Assembly (NCBI GenBank): GCA_025350595.1
Contig: JANXXP010000160.1
Coordinates: 1-59,664 of the forward strand
Direction: 5' to 3'
Origin: Bacteroidota bacterium
Lineage (GTDB): Bacteria > Bacteroidota > Bacteroidia > Bacteroidales > VadinHA17
Length of the DNA stretch: 59,664 nt
Shown here: in pieces, positions 23,477 through 32,354 of the stretch
Position numbering within the stretch: position 1 is the stretch's first letter
Layout of the letters: each line of letters opens with the position of its first letter
Notes under the pieces: model-generated
What the model saw: only the letters and a program-made list of their open reading frames with translations
Database searches by the model: none
What the model was told of the DNA's origin: nothing
Translations under genes and position numbers: made by a program

Positions 23477-24781
23477 ATGGACTCCCGACCGGTAAGAATT
23501 TATGCAAAAGAGGATGTTCCACGTCTCAGATACGTGGCAGGAATAATCCTTGGAGATATCCTTGGATTGTCGTGGGAAGTCGTTACCGATAAGCGTAAAC
23601 TTGGTAAGAACCCGGTAATTAATTATTCCTCAGAAAATATAAAAGGTTCCTTTAAAATCAGCCCTGATTCACTGTTATTTGAGACCGGAATTGCTTCCAG
23701 GGGAATAATTGTAAGTGAATGGAAATCGCTTCCTGTATTCTTCCCTTCATCATCCGATTCCGATATTCCTTTTGATCTTTTTGCTGCATCATTTTATCTT
23801 GTAAGCAGGTATGAAGAATATCTTGATTTTCAACCTGATAAATTTGAAAGATTCCCGGCTTCTTCATCTTTAGCATTTAAAAATGGGTTTCTCGGGATTC
23901 CTGTAATTGATAAATGGGCAAAAGAATTGGCTAAGGCATTACTGAAGAAGTTTCAGTCGCTTGCTTTTAAACGCAATGAATATAAAGCACTTCTGACAAG
24001 TGACGCTGATCAGCCTTTTGCATATCTGGGTAAAGGTCTGATAAGATCTCTGGGAGGGTTGTTTCGTGATATAACCAGTAATGAAGGTCATGCGGTTGAA
24101 AGATACAATACTATGGCAAAAGGAGAAAAAGATCCATATCAGGTCTTTGATTATATTATAGAGAACATAGAAAAACACAATGCAGAAGTCCGGTTCTTTT
24201 TTCCTGTTGGCGATCATTCGCAATACGACAAAAATCCTTCATGGAAAAATGATGAATACATAAAACTGATCCATTCAATAAGTGAAAAATTCACAATAGG
24301 TCTTCATCCTTCTTTTTATGCTGCCATAGACTATTCAAAGATTAAAAAGGAATTAGTAAGGCTTCATTCCATGTCAGATAAAGCTGTGATAATAAGCCGA
24401 TTTCATTATATAAGGTTGTTTATGCCACAATCATACCGGGATATCTGTAAAGCAGGAATCTCAGAAGATTATTCTATGGGTTATCCTGATGAACCGGGTT
24501 TCAGAGCAGGAATAGCCCGTCCATTCTATTTCTATGATGTTCTGGAAGATAAACAAACTACATTAAAAATTATCCCTTTTCAGGTAATGGATGCTACTTT
24601 ATATGATTATAAAAACATAGATCCTACTGCAGCTAAAGAGCTCATATTAAAACTTATAAGTGAAACCAAAAAAGTTGGAGGACTATTTGTGAGTATCTGG
24701 CATAATACTTCATTGCTTGATAATAAGGAATGGATAGGGTGGAGGGATGTTTTTGAATTTATGCTCAAAAACCAGAATTGA
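23477..24781 (+). CDS. conserved hypothetical protein, possibly polysaccharide deacetylase-like
   Basis: The 434-aa ORF has no signal peptide. An N-terminal RLRYVAGIILGDILG segment is followed by a region whose size and pattern recall carbohydrate-esterase/deacetylase folds. The function call is from memory only. Confidence 0.35.
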   Translation: MDSRPVRIYAKEDVPRLRYVAGIILGDILGLSWEVVTDKRKLGKNPVINYSSENIKGSFKISPDSLLFETGIASRGIIVSEWKSLPVFFPSSSDSDIPFDLFAASFYLVSRYEEYLDFQPDKFERFPASSSLAFKNGFLGIPVIDKWAKELAKALLKKFQSLAFKRNEYKALLTSDADQPFAYLGKGLIRSLGGLFRDITSNEGHAVERYNTMAKGEKDPYQVFDYIIENIEKHNAEVRFFFPVGDHSQYDKNPSWKNDEYIKLIHSISEKFTIGLHPSFYAAIDYSKIKKELVRLHSMSDKAVIISRFHYIRLFMPQSYRDICKAGISEDYSMGYPDEPGFRAGIARPFYFYDVLEDKQTTLKIIPFQVMDATLYDYKNIDPTAAKELILKLISETKKVGGLFVSIWHNTSLLDNKEWIGWRDVFEFMLKNQN

Positions 24782-25689
24782 TGATAGCTTTTCATGAGAA
24801 CCATGATATAGACAAGGAAAAGTGGGATAACTGTATAAAAAACTCACTAATATTTAAACCTTTTCCATATTCATGGTTTCTCGATATTATGTCACCAGGC
24901 TGGCAGGCATTGATTGAGGGGGATTACCATTCAGTCTTCCCGTTGCCAGTATCTGTTCGTTTCAGACTAAAATACATTGCGACTCCTATCTTTCTCCAAC
25001 AGCTTGGAATCTGTTGTAGTGATAACACCGACCCAAATGAAATTAATAAATTTCTTGATAAGATCCCTGATGATTTTAAGCTTATTGATTTGTGTGTTGG
25101 GCAGAAAGTAATTCATAAGGATTTTATTGTTACTGAACGAGCTGACTTTGAACTGGATCTTTCAAAATCTTATGAATTATTATATCAGGGCTTTAACCGC
25201 AATTGTAAAAGAAACATTCTTCAATCATTGAAATTTAAGCCTGAAATTATTGAAGATATTTCACCAGGTGATCTGATAAATCTTTTCATTAATAACAAGG
25301 GTTCTGAAATAAGCGGGATAAAAAAGAGTGATTATTCACGTCTCGAAAACCTGATGAACTACTGTCTTGGTAATAAAAAGGGAAAAATTCTGGGTGTATT
25401 GAATGAAAATAAGAAACTTATCTATGGCTTGTTTTTTCTGACTTCGGAGGAACGTAAGACGATGATTCTCCTTGCCAATACACCTGATAGTCATGAAAGG
25501 AAAACCGGATATTACGTCTATAATGAACTTATCAGAAAATTTGCAGGTAAAGATACTGTTATCGATTTTTCCGGATCGTCAATTCATTCCATTGCCTCTT
25601 TTATGAAATCATTCGGGAGCGTCAACACTCCTTATTACAGGATATTCCGAAACAGACTGCCCTGGCCTGTCAGATTTCTTAAACAATGA
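24778..25689 (+). CDS. hypothetical protein (possibly FemAB/GNAT-like acyltransferase fold)
   Basis: The 303-aa ORF has an ATGA start/stop overlap with the preceding gene, which suggests an operon. I recognise no diagnostic motif with certainty. Confidence 0.3.
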   Translation: MMIAFHENHDIDKEKWDNCIKNSLIFKPFPYSWFLDIMSPGWQALIEGDYHSVFPLPVSVRFRLKYIATPIFLQQLGICCSDNTDPNEINKFLDKIPDDFKLIDLCVGQKVIHKDFIVTERADFELDLSKSYELLYQGFNRNCKRNILQSLKFKPEIIEDISPGDLINLFINNKGSEISGIKKSDYSRLENLMNYCLGNKKGKILGVLNENKKLIYGLFFLTSEERKTMILLANTPDSHERKTGYYVYNELIRKFAGKDTVIDFSGSSIHSIASFMKSFGSVNTPYYRIFRNRLPWPVRFLKQ

Positions 25690-25726
25690 TTTATTGAATT
25701 CAATTATTCAAAAAATGTAATTCTTG

Positions 25727-26341
25727 TCAGAATATTTTAATTAAAATAATCGCAATTGCAATACCAGCTGTTGCTATGATTGCTATTCGTTTCCAGTTAT
25801 ATTCAAAAAGTTTTTTTACTTCCAGGCCTGACTTTATTGTAAGTAAGGCCAGCAGAAAGAACTTTAAGCCCTGACTTAAAAATGTGACAATGCAAAAGAT
25901 AAGCAGGTTAACATCAAATACCCCTGATGAGACTGAGAATATTTTAAATGGAAGAGGAAGAGCTGCTGCAACAAATAATATCCAATAGTCCCATTTTTCG
26001 TATAACATTTGGATTTTTTCATAGCCTGCTTCAGAAAAACCCGGAATAGTATTAAACAAAAACTGAGCAACCATTGTAAATTGTCCTTCATGATTTAACC
26101 ATGCAAAATGGCCTATTGAATATCCGGCAATAGCACCAGCTAACGTACCGACGGTTCCTATAAATACATACCAGTATGCTTTGCTTATATTTAGTAATAC
26201 CAACGCCAAAAAAAGTACAGGGGTTGGTAATCCAAAAATGGAAGCATCGGCAAAAGCACATAAAAACAATGCCAATGCACCCCATTTTGTATTAGCCCAT
26301 TGCAAACTCCAGATATGTAATCTTTTTAGCCAACTTTTCAT
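25727..26341 (-). CDS. YqaA/DedA-type (VTT domain) membrane protein
   Basis: The 204-aa ORF has 4-5 TM segments and the pattern WGALALFLCAFADASIFGLPTPVL typical of YqaA-like proteins. Confidence 0.6.
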   Translation of the reverse strand: MKSWLKRLHIWSLQWANTKWGALALFLCAFADASIFGLPTPVLFLALVLLNISKAYWYVFIGTVGTLAGAIAGYSIGHFAWLNHEGQFTMVAQFLFNTIPGFSEAGYEKIQMLYEKWDYWILFVAAALPLPFKIFSVSSGVFDVNLLIFCIVTFLSQGLKFFLLALLTIKSGLEVKKLFEYNWKRIAIIATAGIAIAIILIKIF

Positions 26342-26376
26342 ACCATTATTTTGTAAATGAGAAATAATGACTCCTC

Positions 26377-26811
26377 TTAATGCTTCCTTTTGGATTTATA
26401 TTCTTCAAAAAGTTCTTCTTCCTCTTTCCCTTCTTTGATACCTTGTATTAAGTTAACTAACAAGATTGGAATTTCATCTTCCCAAAACCCCGATTTAAAT
26501 GCAAAACTGCTTGCCAACCTCATCTCATTTTTATCTATTAACCCATCTGCCAGCGTCATCTTTACAATTTCATAAACCTGATCAAAACGTTTCGATAATT
26601 CATAAGGTGGAATATAATCTGACTTCCCTGTTGTTTCAAAAAGTGAATTAATTTCCGGTTCTGTGAACCCCAGTTTTCTGCCAATCCTGATTAATAATTC
26701 CAATTCATGGTGGCTGACAATATCATCAGCTTTTGCTACTCTGACAAGATGAACGAAATATTCTTTGTTCTGCTTTTTTACGGGATGTTCGAAATGGCTT
26801 AATATATTCAT
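26377..26811 (-). CDS. TerB-like (tellurite-resistance TerB fold) protein
   Basis: The 144-aa ORF has two repeats of the ADD/ADG...E...L pattern (VAKADDIVSHHELELL and TLADGLIDKNEMRL). Confidence 0.5.
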   Translation of the reverse strand: MNILSHFEHPVKKQNKEYFVHLVRVAKADDIVSHHELELLIRIGRKLGFTEPEINSLFETTGKSDYIPPYELSKRFDQVYEIVKMTLADGLIDKNEMRLASSFAFKSGFWEDEIPILLVNLIQGIKEGKEEEELFEEYKSKRKH

Positions 26812-26924
26812 ATAGTGTGTTTTAATGGTGAAAGTTTAATTAATTGAAATAGTATTGTATAAATACAAATCATTTCAACATTAGCTTTAGCCTAATGCAG
26901 AATCTGTTATTAGAAATTAGAGTC

Positions 26925-27227
26925 TCAGGAAATTTTTGGCGGCTGCCAGACACAAAAAATAATGTCTTTAACCAAAGGACAGTTGCCCGGGATAAGTATT
27001 TGACCAACAGGCCGCCTGATTAAAGCAAAACTGTTACTCTGGTCAATCTGATCATAATTCGGGGAATCATTTTCCGGGCTGTAATTTTGTTCACAGTCAT
27101 TCTCTCCGGTTGAAGTGCTAATGATATAAAGCTGAGCATTGAAATCGGAATGCTTATCTGTTCCAAGATTGAAAAAAACAGCCAGAAAAAGGATTATATT
27201 AAATAAAATTTTACTACGCCTTTTCAT
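26925..27227 (-). CDS. small secreted hypothetical protein
   Basis: The 100-aa ORF has an N-terminal signal-like segment KILFNIILFLAVFF. I recognise no family. Confidence 0.4.
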   Translation of the reverse strand: MKRRSKILFNIILFLAVFFNLGTDKHSDFNAQLYIISTSTGENDCEQNYSPENDSPNYDQIDQSNSFALIRRPVGQILIPGNCPLVKDIIFCVWQPPKIS

Positions 27228-27371
27228 ATTGCAAAGGTCGGTATAATTCTTCTTAGCGTTGGATAGGGGATGTTAAATATTTGTTAATTAATCAATAACA
27301 TGATTATCGTTTTTCTGATTACCTTCGTAGTGTATTATTATACTTTTATTAACCCATTAAAAAATTAAGTT

Positions 27372-28268
27372 ATGTCAGTATTAGTTATTGGAATCATAAT
27401 TCTTATTATCGGAATAGTGTCTGCCAGACCTGATTCCCCATTGCGAACCTATAAAACGATAATCAGAACCGTTGGTGTTGTGGTGATTCTGATCGGATTT
27501 TCAATTGCGTGTGTCGTTCAGATTGAGCCTGGTCAGGTAGGTGTTCAGAAACTTTTTGGAAAAGTTAACAATAATATTCTTGAAAGCGGATTGAATATTA
27601 TCAACCCATTGGTACAGGTTGTAACGTTCGATACCAGGACGGAAAATTATACTATGTCAGGCGTTCAGGATGAAGGAGCAAAGCAGGGAGACGATGCAAT
27701 CCATGTTTTATCAGCAGATGGTCTTGAAGTGGTTGTTGATCTTACAGTATTGTATAAAGTTGTTCCTTCTGAGGCACCGAGAATCCTTAAGGAGGTTGGA
27801 ACTGATTACAGGAATGTTATCGTTCGTCCGATCTGCAGAACAAAGATCAGGGATAACGCTGTATATTACGATGCAGTTGCATTGTATTCAACAAAAAGAG
27901 ATGAGTTTCAGGCAAAAATATTTTCATCAATTGAAGTGAATTTTAAAGAACGTGGATTATTACTTGAGCAGCTTTTAGTAAGGAATCTTACTTTACCTGC
28001 ATCTGTAAAAGCCTCTATTGAATCAAAAATTAATGCTGAACAGGATGCCCAGAAGATGACTTTTGTTCTTCAGAAAGAAAGACAGGAAGCTGAAAGAAAA
28101 AGAGTAGAAGCTCAGGGTATTGCCGATTATCAGAAAATATTAAGTACAGGACTTAGCGATAAATTATTGCAGTACGAAATGATTAAAGCTATTTCAGCTT
28201 CTCCGAATGCCAAACTGATTTTCATGACCAACGGGAAGAATCTTCCGGTTATGGTTGACAGCAAATAA
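27372..28268 (+). CDS. SPFH/Band 7 (prohibitin-like) membrane protein
   Basis: The 298-aa ORF has an N-terminal TM anchor, an SPFH core (IEPGQVGVQKLFGKV ... VLSADGLEVVVDLTVLYKV) and a coiled-coil QKERQEAERKRVEAQG. Confidence 0.85.
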   Translation: MSVLVIGIIILIIGIVSARPDSPLRTYKTIIRTVGVVVILIGFSIACVVQIEPGQVGVQKLFGKVNNNILESGLNIINPLVQVVTFDTRTENYTMSGVQDEGAKQGDDAIHVLSADGLEVVVDLTVLYKVVPSEAPRILKEVGTDYRNVIVRPICRTKIRDNAVYYDAVALYSTKRDEFQAKIFSSIEVNFKERGLLLEQLLVRNLTLPASVKASIESKINAEQDAQKMTFVLQKERQEAERKRVEAQGIADYQKILSTGLSDKLLQYEMIKAISASPNAKLIFMTNGKNLPVMVDSK

Positions 28269-28269
28269 A

Positions 28270-28300
28270 GTAGGTAGTAGGTAGTAAGAAGTAGGTAGTA
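28270..28300. repeat. 7-nt word array GTAGGTA GTAGGTA GTAAGAA GTAGGTA GTA
   Basis: Read directly just after the SPFH stop codon. The 17-mer gtaggtagtaagaagta (28277-28293) matches the reverse complement of 2696-2712 (gtaggtagtaagtagta) at 16/17. Confidence 0.7.
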
Positions 28301-28310
28301 AACAGAAAAA

Positions 28311-28370
28311 TAAGGTTAGGGCTGAGGTTGAGGTTGAAAACTCTTAACCTCAACCTTAACCTCAACCTTA
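28311..28370. terminator. long imperfect hairpin built from GAGGTT/AACCTC hexamer words; probable bidirectional terminator
   Basis: The left arm is taaggttagggctgaggttgaggttgaaaa and the right arm is ctcttaacctcaaccttaacctcaacctta. About 22 of 28 positions pair. It lies between convergent genes. Confidence 0.6.
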
Positions 28371-28375
28371 ATTAG

Positions 28376-28969
28376 CTATTTCTTTTTCTTCCCTTTTGGT
28401 GAATCGTCACCTGCACCTGTTGCAGCATCATATTTAGCCTGAGCCGCATCTAATGAAGCTTGCGATAACTTAAGTGCATCCTTAGCAGTCTTCTGAGTTG
28501 TTTTACCTTTAGTTACATTAGCTGTACCTGTGGTTGACTTTTTAGTTGCGACTTTTAATCGTGCGTCAAGAGCTTTGGTATCTATTTTATATTGAGCATC
28601 AAGTGCCTTAATATCAGCTTTGGCTGCAGTGGCTTCGTCTTTATCTTTTGATGTTGATTGCTTAAGAAGCGGTTTTTTTGCAGTATTATATGTTTTATCA
28701 ACAGCTTTGCGTTCTGTTTCAACTGCCTTGGTTTCTGACTTTCCATCCTTAATAAGATTATTCCCGGTGCTGACCAGCGAATCTGCATTATTCAACTGCT
28801 TTTCATTAAGAGCAACCTTATTTTTCGCAACAGTAAGGGCCGTTTCAAGTTTCTTTACCTCAGCTGCTTTCTTTTCTGCAGGAGTTAATGTCTGAGCCTG
28901 AGTGAGAACAGTAGCTAAGAGAAAAAGCGGTAAAATTGCCAGGATTTGAAATTTCATTATTGTTTTCAT
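28376..28969 (-). CDS. secreted Lys/Ala-rich coiled-coil protein, function unknown
   Basis: The 197-aa ORF has a signal peptide (ILAILPLFLLATVLTQAQ), heptad-like K/A/T-rich sequence and a KGKKKK tail. Confidence 0.5.
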   Translation of the reverse strand: MKTIMKFQILAILPLFLLATVLTQAQTLTPAEKKAAEVKKLETALTVAKNKVALNEKQLNNADSLVSTGNNLIKDGKSETKAVETERKAVDKTYNTAKKPLLKQSTSKDKDEATAAKADIKALDAQYKIDTKALDARLKVATKKSTTGTANVTKGKTTQKTAKDALKLSQASLDAAQAKYDAATGAGDDSPKGKKKK

Positions 28970-29132
28970 GTGTTTAAATTTAGTTAAAACTACTTATTTA
29001 TAAATATTTGCGTTTAATCTGCTTGTCTTTTGTTAAAGAAGAAAGATACGATATTTTTTAATTTGTACATAATCCCCGGCTTTTATGTTCAATGTTTTAT
29101 TTTGCATTCAGAACCCTGCATCTTTGATTTTG

Positions 29133-29140
29133 TAACTTTG
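29133..29140 (+). promoter_or_regulatory. candidate -7 box TAACTTTG
   Basis: It matches TAnnTTTG and lies 40 nt upstream of the ATG at 29180. Confidence 0.35.
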
Positions 29141-29179
29141 TATTACTTTTTATACATTAGTAAAATTAATTATATAAAA

Positions 29180-31237
29180 ATGAAAAGATTATTGACAGTT
29201 CCGTTGCTCTTATTCTTGATGGCATCACTCAATGCTCAACCAAAGAAGTTCAGTACTATATTATATGGTGTAGCCTATTACCATGAATATATGCCTTATG
29301 AAAGGCTTGAAAAGGATGTTCAGATGATGCAGGATGCAGGACTGTCTGTTGTTCGTTTGGGTGAATCAACATGGAGCCTTTTTGAACCGGAGGAGGGAAG
29401 ATTTGAATTTGCATGGATGGACCGTATTATAGACAGGATGAATAAAGCCGGTATCAAAGTTATACTTGGGACACCAACTTATTCAATTCCGGCCTGGATG
29501 GCAAAAAAGTATCCTGATTTATTTGTTGAGCGTCTCGACGGATCAAAAAGCAGTTATGGGATCAGGCAAAATTTTGATATAACAAACCCTACCTATTTAT
29601 TTTTTAGTGAAAGGATCATAAGGAAAATGATGGAGCATTATGCAAAAAATCCTGCTATTATAGGATACCAGGTTGACAATGAAACTTCATCCTATGGTGC
29701 CGCAAACTATGATTTTTCAAGGGGATTTGTTGATTATATGAAACATAAATATAAAACCACAGATACTCTGAATATATTATGGGGTTTGAACTACTGGGGA
29801 ATGACACTCAACGACTGGGATGAATTCCCAACCAGGAAAAATGCCACTAACCCATCATATAAACTGGAATGGGACAGATACGGTCAGAAGATCCCTGCGG
29901 ATTTTATATCATGGCAGGCTGCAATTATTGATGAGTACAGACGTCCCGATCAGTTTGTAATGCACGACTTCATGCCATGGCTGACGAGTCTCGATCAACT
30001 CGAAGCCACAAAGAAACTCGATATGGCCGGGTTAAATGTTTATCATGGTAGTCAGAATGATGCCAAAGGAGAAGATGTAATGTGGGCTGATGATTTTTAC
30101 AGAAGTGTAAAGAAAACAAATCATCTGATAACTGAAACCAATGCTCAGACAACAGGTTGGGATTCAAAAGGGCAATACCCTCCATTTGATGGTCAGGGGA
30201 GACTATTTGTTTATTCTCATATTGCTTCCGGTGCAAATATGGTTGAATACTGGCACTGGCATTCAATACATTATGGACAGGAAACTTACTGGAAAGGAGT
30301 TCTGGGTCATGACATGGAACCAAACAGGTTCTATAATGAAGTCAGCAAAACAGCTCATGAGCTTCAGAAAATCGGACCAAAACTTGTGAATCTTAAGATT
30401 AAAAACGAAACCGCAATTTTGTACAGCCGCGAATCTGACTTTGGAATAAGTTATATGCCTTTTAAAAATGGGAATGCATATATGGAGGTATTAAGACAGA
30501 TGCATACAGCAGCTTTCAGACAAAATATCGGCGTTGATTTTGTGATGGCAGAAAATGCTGATTTTAAAGGCTATAAACTTTTACTTATTCCTCCATTATA
30601 TATCGCTAGTGATGATTTGCTAAATAAGATATCTGCATTTGTAAAAGGAGGGGGGAATGTTATAATGTCGGTTAAAAGTGGATTTTGTGATGAGAACTCA
30701 GTTGTTCGTCATCTTAAAGCACCTGGACCTCTCCGAGAAGCAGCCGGTTTTTATTACCAGGAATTTTCAAGTGCGAAACCACTGTCTCTTACAGGTAATC
30801 CTTTTAAAGTTGCTGAGGAAAATAACAGAGTAAAGGATTGGATCGAATATATCATACCAGAAACAGCTAAACCGATTGCTACCTACGATGATCCTGATTT
30901 TGGGAAGTATCCTGCAATAACCGAAAATAAATTCGGGAAAGGAAGTTTTATCTATGAGGGATGTCTTGTGTCAGATGAGATCCAATCAAAGATCATTTCA
31001 AATAAGGCTTTTGAGACAGGAATTTCGTTTGAAAAGCAATTAGTCTATCCTGTTGTTATGAGATACGGAATAAATGATCAGGGAAAAACTATCAGGTACT
31101 ATCTAAATTACTCTGACAAGGAACAGCCGGTAGTTTACAGTTTCAATAAAGGAATTGAACTGCTGACAAATAAAACTCTGAACAAGGGTGATAGCTTCAC
31201 CCTTAAGCCATGGGATCTTTTTATTATTGAAGAATAA
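29180..31237 (+). CDS. beta-galactosidase, GH42 family
   Basis: I chose the start at MKRLLTVPLLLFLMASLNAQ (signal peptide) rather than the track start at 29030. Supporting motifs are GVAYYHEYMP, VRLGESTWSLFEPEEG and YQVDNETS. Confidence 0.85.
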   Translation: MKRLLTVPLLLFLMASLNAQPKKFSTILYGVAYYHEYMPYERLEKDVQMMQDAGLSVVRLGESTWSLFEPEEGRFEFAWMDRIIDRMNKAGIKVILGTPTYSIPAWMAKKYPDLFVERLDGSKSSYGIRQNFDITNPTYLFFSERIIRKMMEHYAKNPAIIGYQVDNETSSYGAANYDFSRGFVDYMKHKYKTTDTLNILWGLNYWGMTLNDWDEFPTRKNATNPSYKLEWDRYGQKIPADFISWQAAIIDEYRRPDQFVMHDFMPWLTSLDQLEATKKLDMAGLNVYHGSQNDAKGEDVMWADDFYRSVKKTNHLITETNAQTTGWDSKGQYPPFDGQGRLFVYSHIASGANMVEYWHWHSIHYGQETYWKGVLGHDMEPNRFYNEVSKTAHELQKIGPKLVNLKIKNETAILYSRESDFGISYMPFKNGNAYMEVLRQMHTAAFRQNIGVDFVMAENADFKGYKLLLIPPLYIASDDLLNKISAFVKGGGNVIMSVKSGFCDENSVVRHLKAPGPLREAAGFYYQEFSSAKPLSLTGNPFKVAEENNRVKDWIEYIIPETAKPIATYDDPDFGKYPAITENKFGKGSFIYEGCLVSDEIQSKIISNKAFETGISFEKQLVYPVVMRYGINDQGKTIRYYLNYSDKEQPVVYSFNKGIELLTNKTLNKGDSFTLKPWDLFIIEE

Positions 31238-31240
31238 TCC

Positions 31241-31305
31241 TGAGCCGATGAGCCATTGAGCCGTTGAACCTTTTTGCCTTTGCGACTTTGCGCCATTGCA
31301 CCATC
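31241..31305. repeat. two adjacent period-8 word arrays in a convergent gap
   Basis: The first array is TGAGCCGA TGAGCCAT TGAGCCGT TGAACC (31241-31270). The second is GCCTTTGC GACTTTGC GCCATTGC ACCATC (31276-31305). The two arrays are not complementary to each other. Confidence 0.75.
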
Positions 31306-32017
31306 AAACCAATAGCTCCATTTCCTCATCATCACTTACTTGCATAAGTCTGCCCTCGTCACATTTAAGGGTTCGGGCAGAGAATTTTTTAAGCATAGTA
31401 TAATTGTGAGTGGCAACAACAACTGCACGGCCTGTTTTACTTATGTCCTGGAGCAATCTTATAATACCTTCTGAAGTCTCCGGGTCAAGATTCCCTGTTG
31501 GCTCATCTGCAAGAATTATTTCAGGATCATTGAGTAAGGCTCTTCCTATGACTACACGCTGCTGTTCTCCGCCTGAAAGCTGATGGGGCATTTTATATCC
31601 TTTTAATCCAAGTCCTACTTTCTCAAGAACCTCAGCTATCCGTGTACTGATCTCCTGTTTGTTTTTCCACCCTGTAGCCTTTAATACAAATTCGAGATTT
31701 TCTATTACCGATCTGTCGATGAGCAACTGAAAATCCTGAAAAACTATTCCGATCTTTCTACGAAGGTAGGGGATCTCCCTCTTTTTTAATTTTGAAAGGT
31801 TATATCCGGCTACAAGTCCAATTCCCTCCTTAAGAGGAATTTGAGCGTTAAGAGTTTTAATAAGACTCGATTTTCCACTGCCTACCCTTCCAACCAGGTA
31901 AATAAATTCACCTTTGCCGACACTTAGATTAACATCAGACAGTACAAGATGATCCTGTTGCCATATAGTGCAGTTTGTCAATTCGATAATTACATCCAAT
32001 GGTAGATTTTCCTGCAT
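31304..32017 (-). CDS. ftsE: cell-division ABC ATPase FtsE-like
   Basis: The 237-aa ORF has Walker [10 protein letters not shown], the signature LSGGEQQR and Walker [12 protein letters not shown]. The size is FtsE-like. Confidence 0.7.
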   Translation of the reverse strand: MQENLPLDVIIELTNCTIWQQDHLVLSDVNLSVGKGEFIYLVGRVGSGKSSLIKTLNAQIPLKEGIGLVAGYNLSKLKKREIPYLRRKIGIVFQDFQLLIDRSVIENLEFVLKATGWKNKQEISTRIAEVLEKVGLGLKGYKMPHQLSGGEQQRVVIGRALLNDPEIILADEPTGNLDPETSEGIIRLLQDISKTGRAVVVATHNYTMLKKFSARTLKCDEGRLMQVSDDEEMELLV

Positions 32018-32354
32018 TTTTATTTTATAAAATATCCGTATTTAATCAATTACTCCCTTTACTGCAGGGGCAAATAATTGATTTTCAAGAACTATATTAA
32101 AGAAAAAGGTTGTAATTCAACAAGTAATATCAATATTTACTTTGCAAAATAAAGAAAGAAATGATAATTAACATTTAGATGTTGATAAATTCAGTAATAA
32201 AGACCTTTTGCCGGCGTTTATAAGTTGTAATTTTACGACAAATTAAAAAAACCTGATTAGTATTATATATAGCTTACAATTAACATGTTCCGTTCTTCTT
32301 CATAATTTCAGGAGCAGATACAGTGTGATTGACTGAGGCTAAAAAAAATAAGTT

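Noticed and set aside
25727-27227. The DedA/YqaA, TerB-like and small secreted protein trio, considered as a possible stress or defence module.
   Set aside because: The genes are separated by 35-115 nt with no overlap and no nuclease, ATPase or other effector domain. Each family is common and housekeeping-like. I could not build a case beyond co-orientation.
29030-29179. N-terminal extensions offered by the ORF track (29030 for GH42, 57308 for fabF, 59559..59654 for GIY-YIG, 39351 for M28, 45397..45441 for dapF, 10299..10334 for RRM, 51602 for the hydrolase-like gene).
   Set aside because: Internal ATG codons give canonical N-termini (signal peptides or conserved first motifs). The GIY-YIG extension would run through a terminator and a tRNA.
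32046-32086. Inverted repeat AATCAATTA...TAATTGATT with inner CCCT/AGGG in the ftsE/TPR divergent region, considered as a possible invertible-promoter border or operator.
   Set aside because: There is a single short AT-rich repeat with no partner repeat, no nearby recombinase and no promoter box inside. The evidence is too weak.
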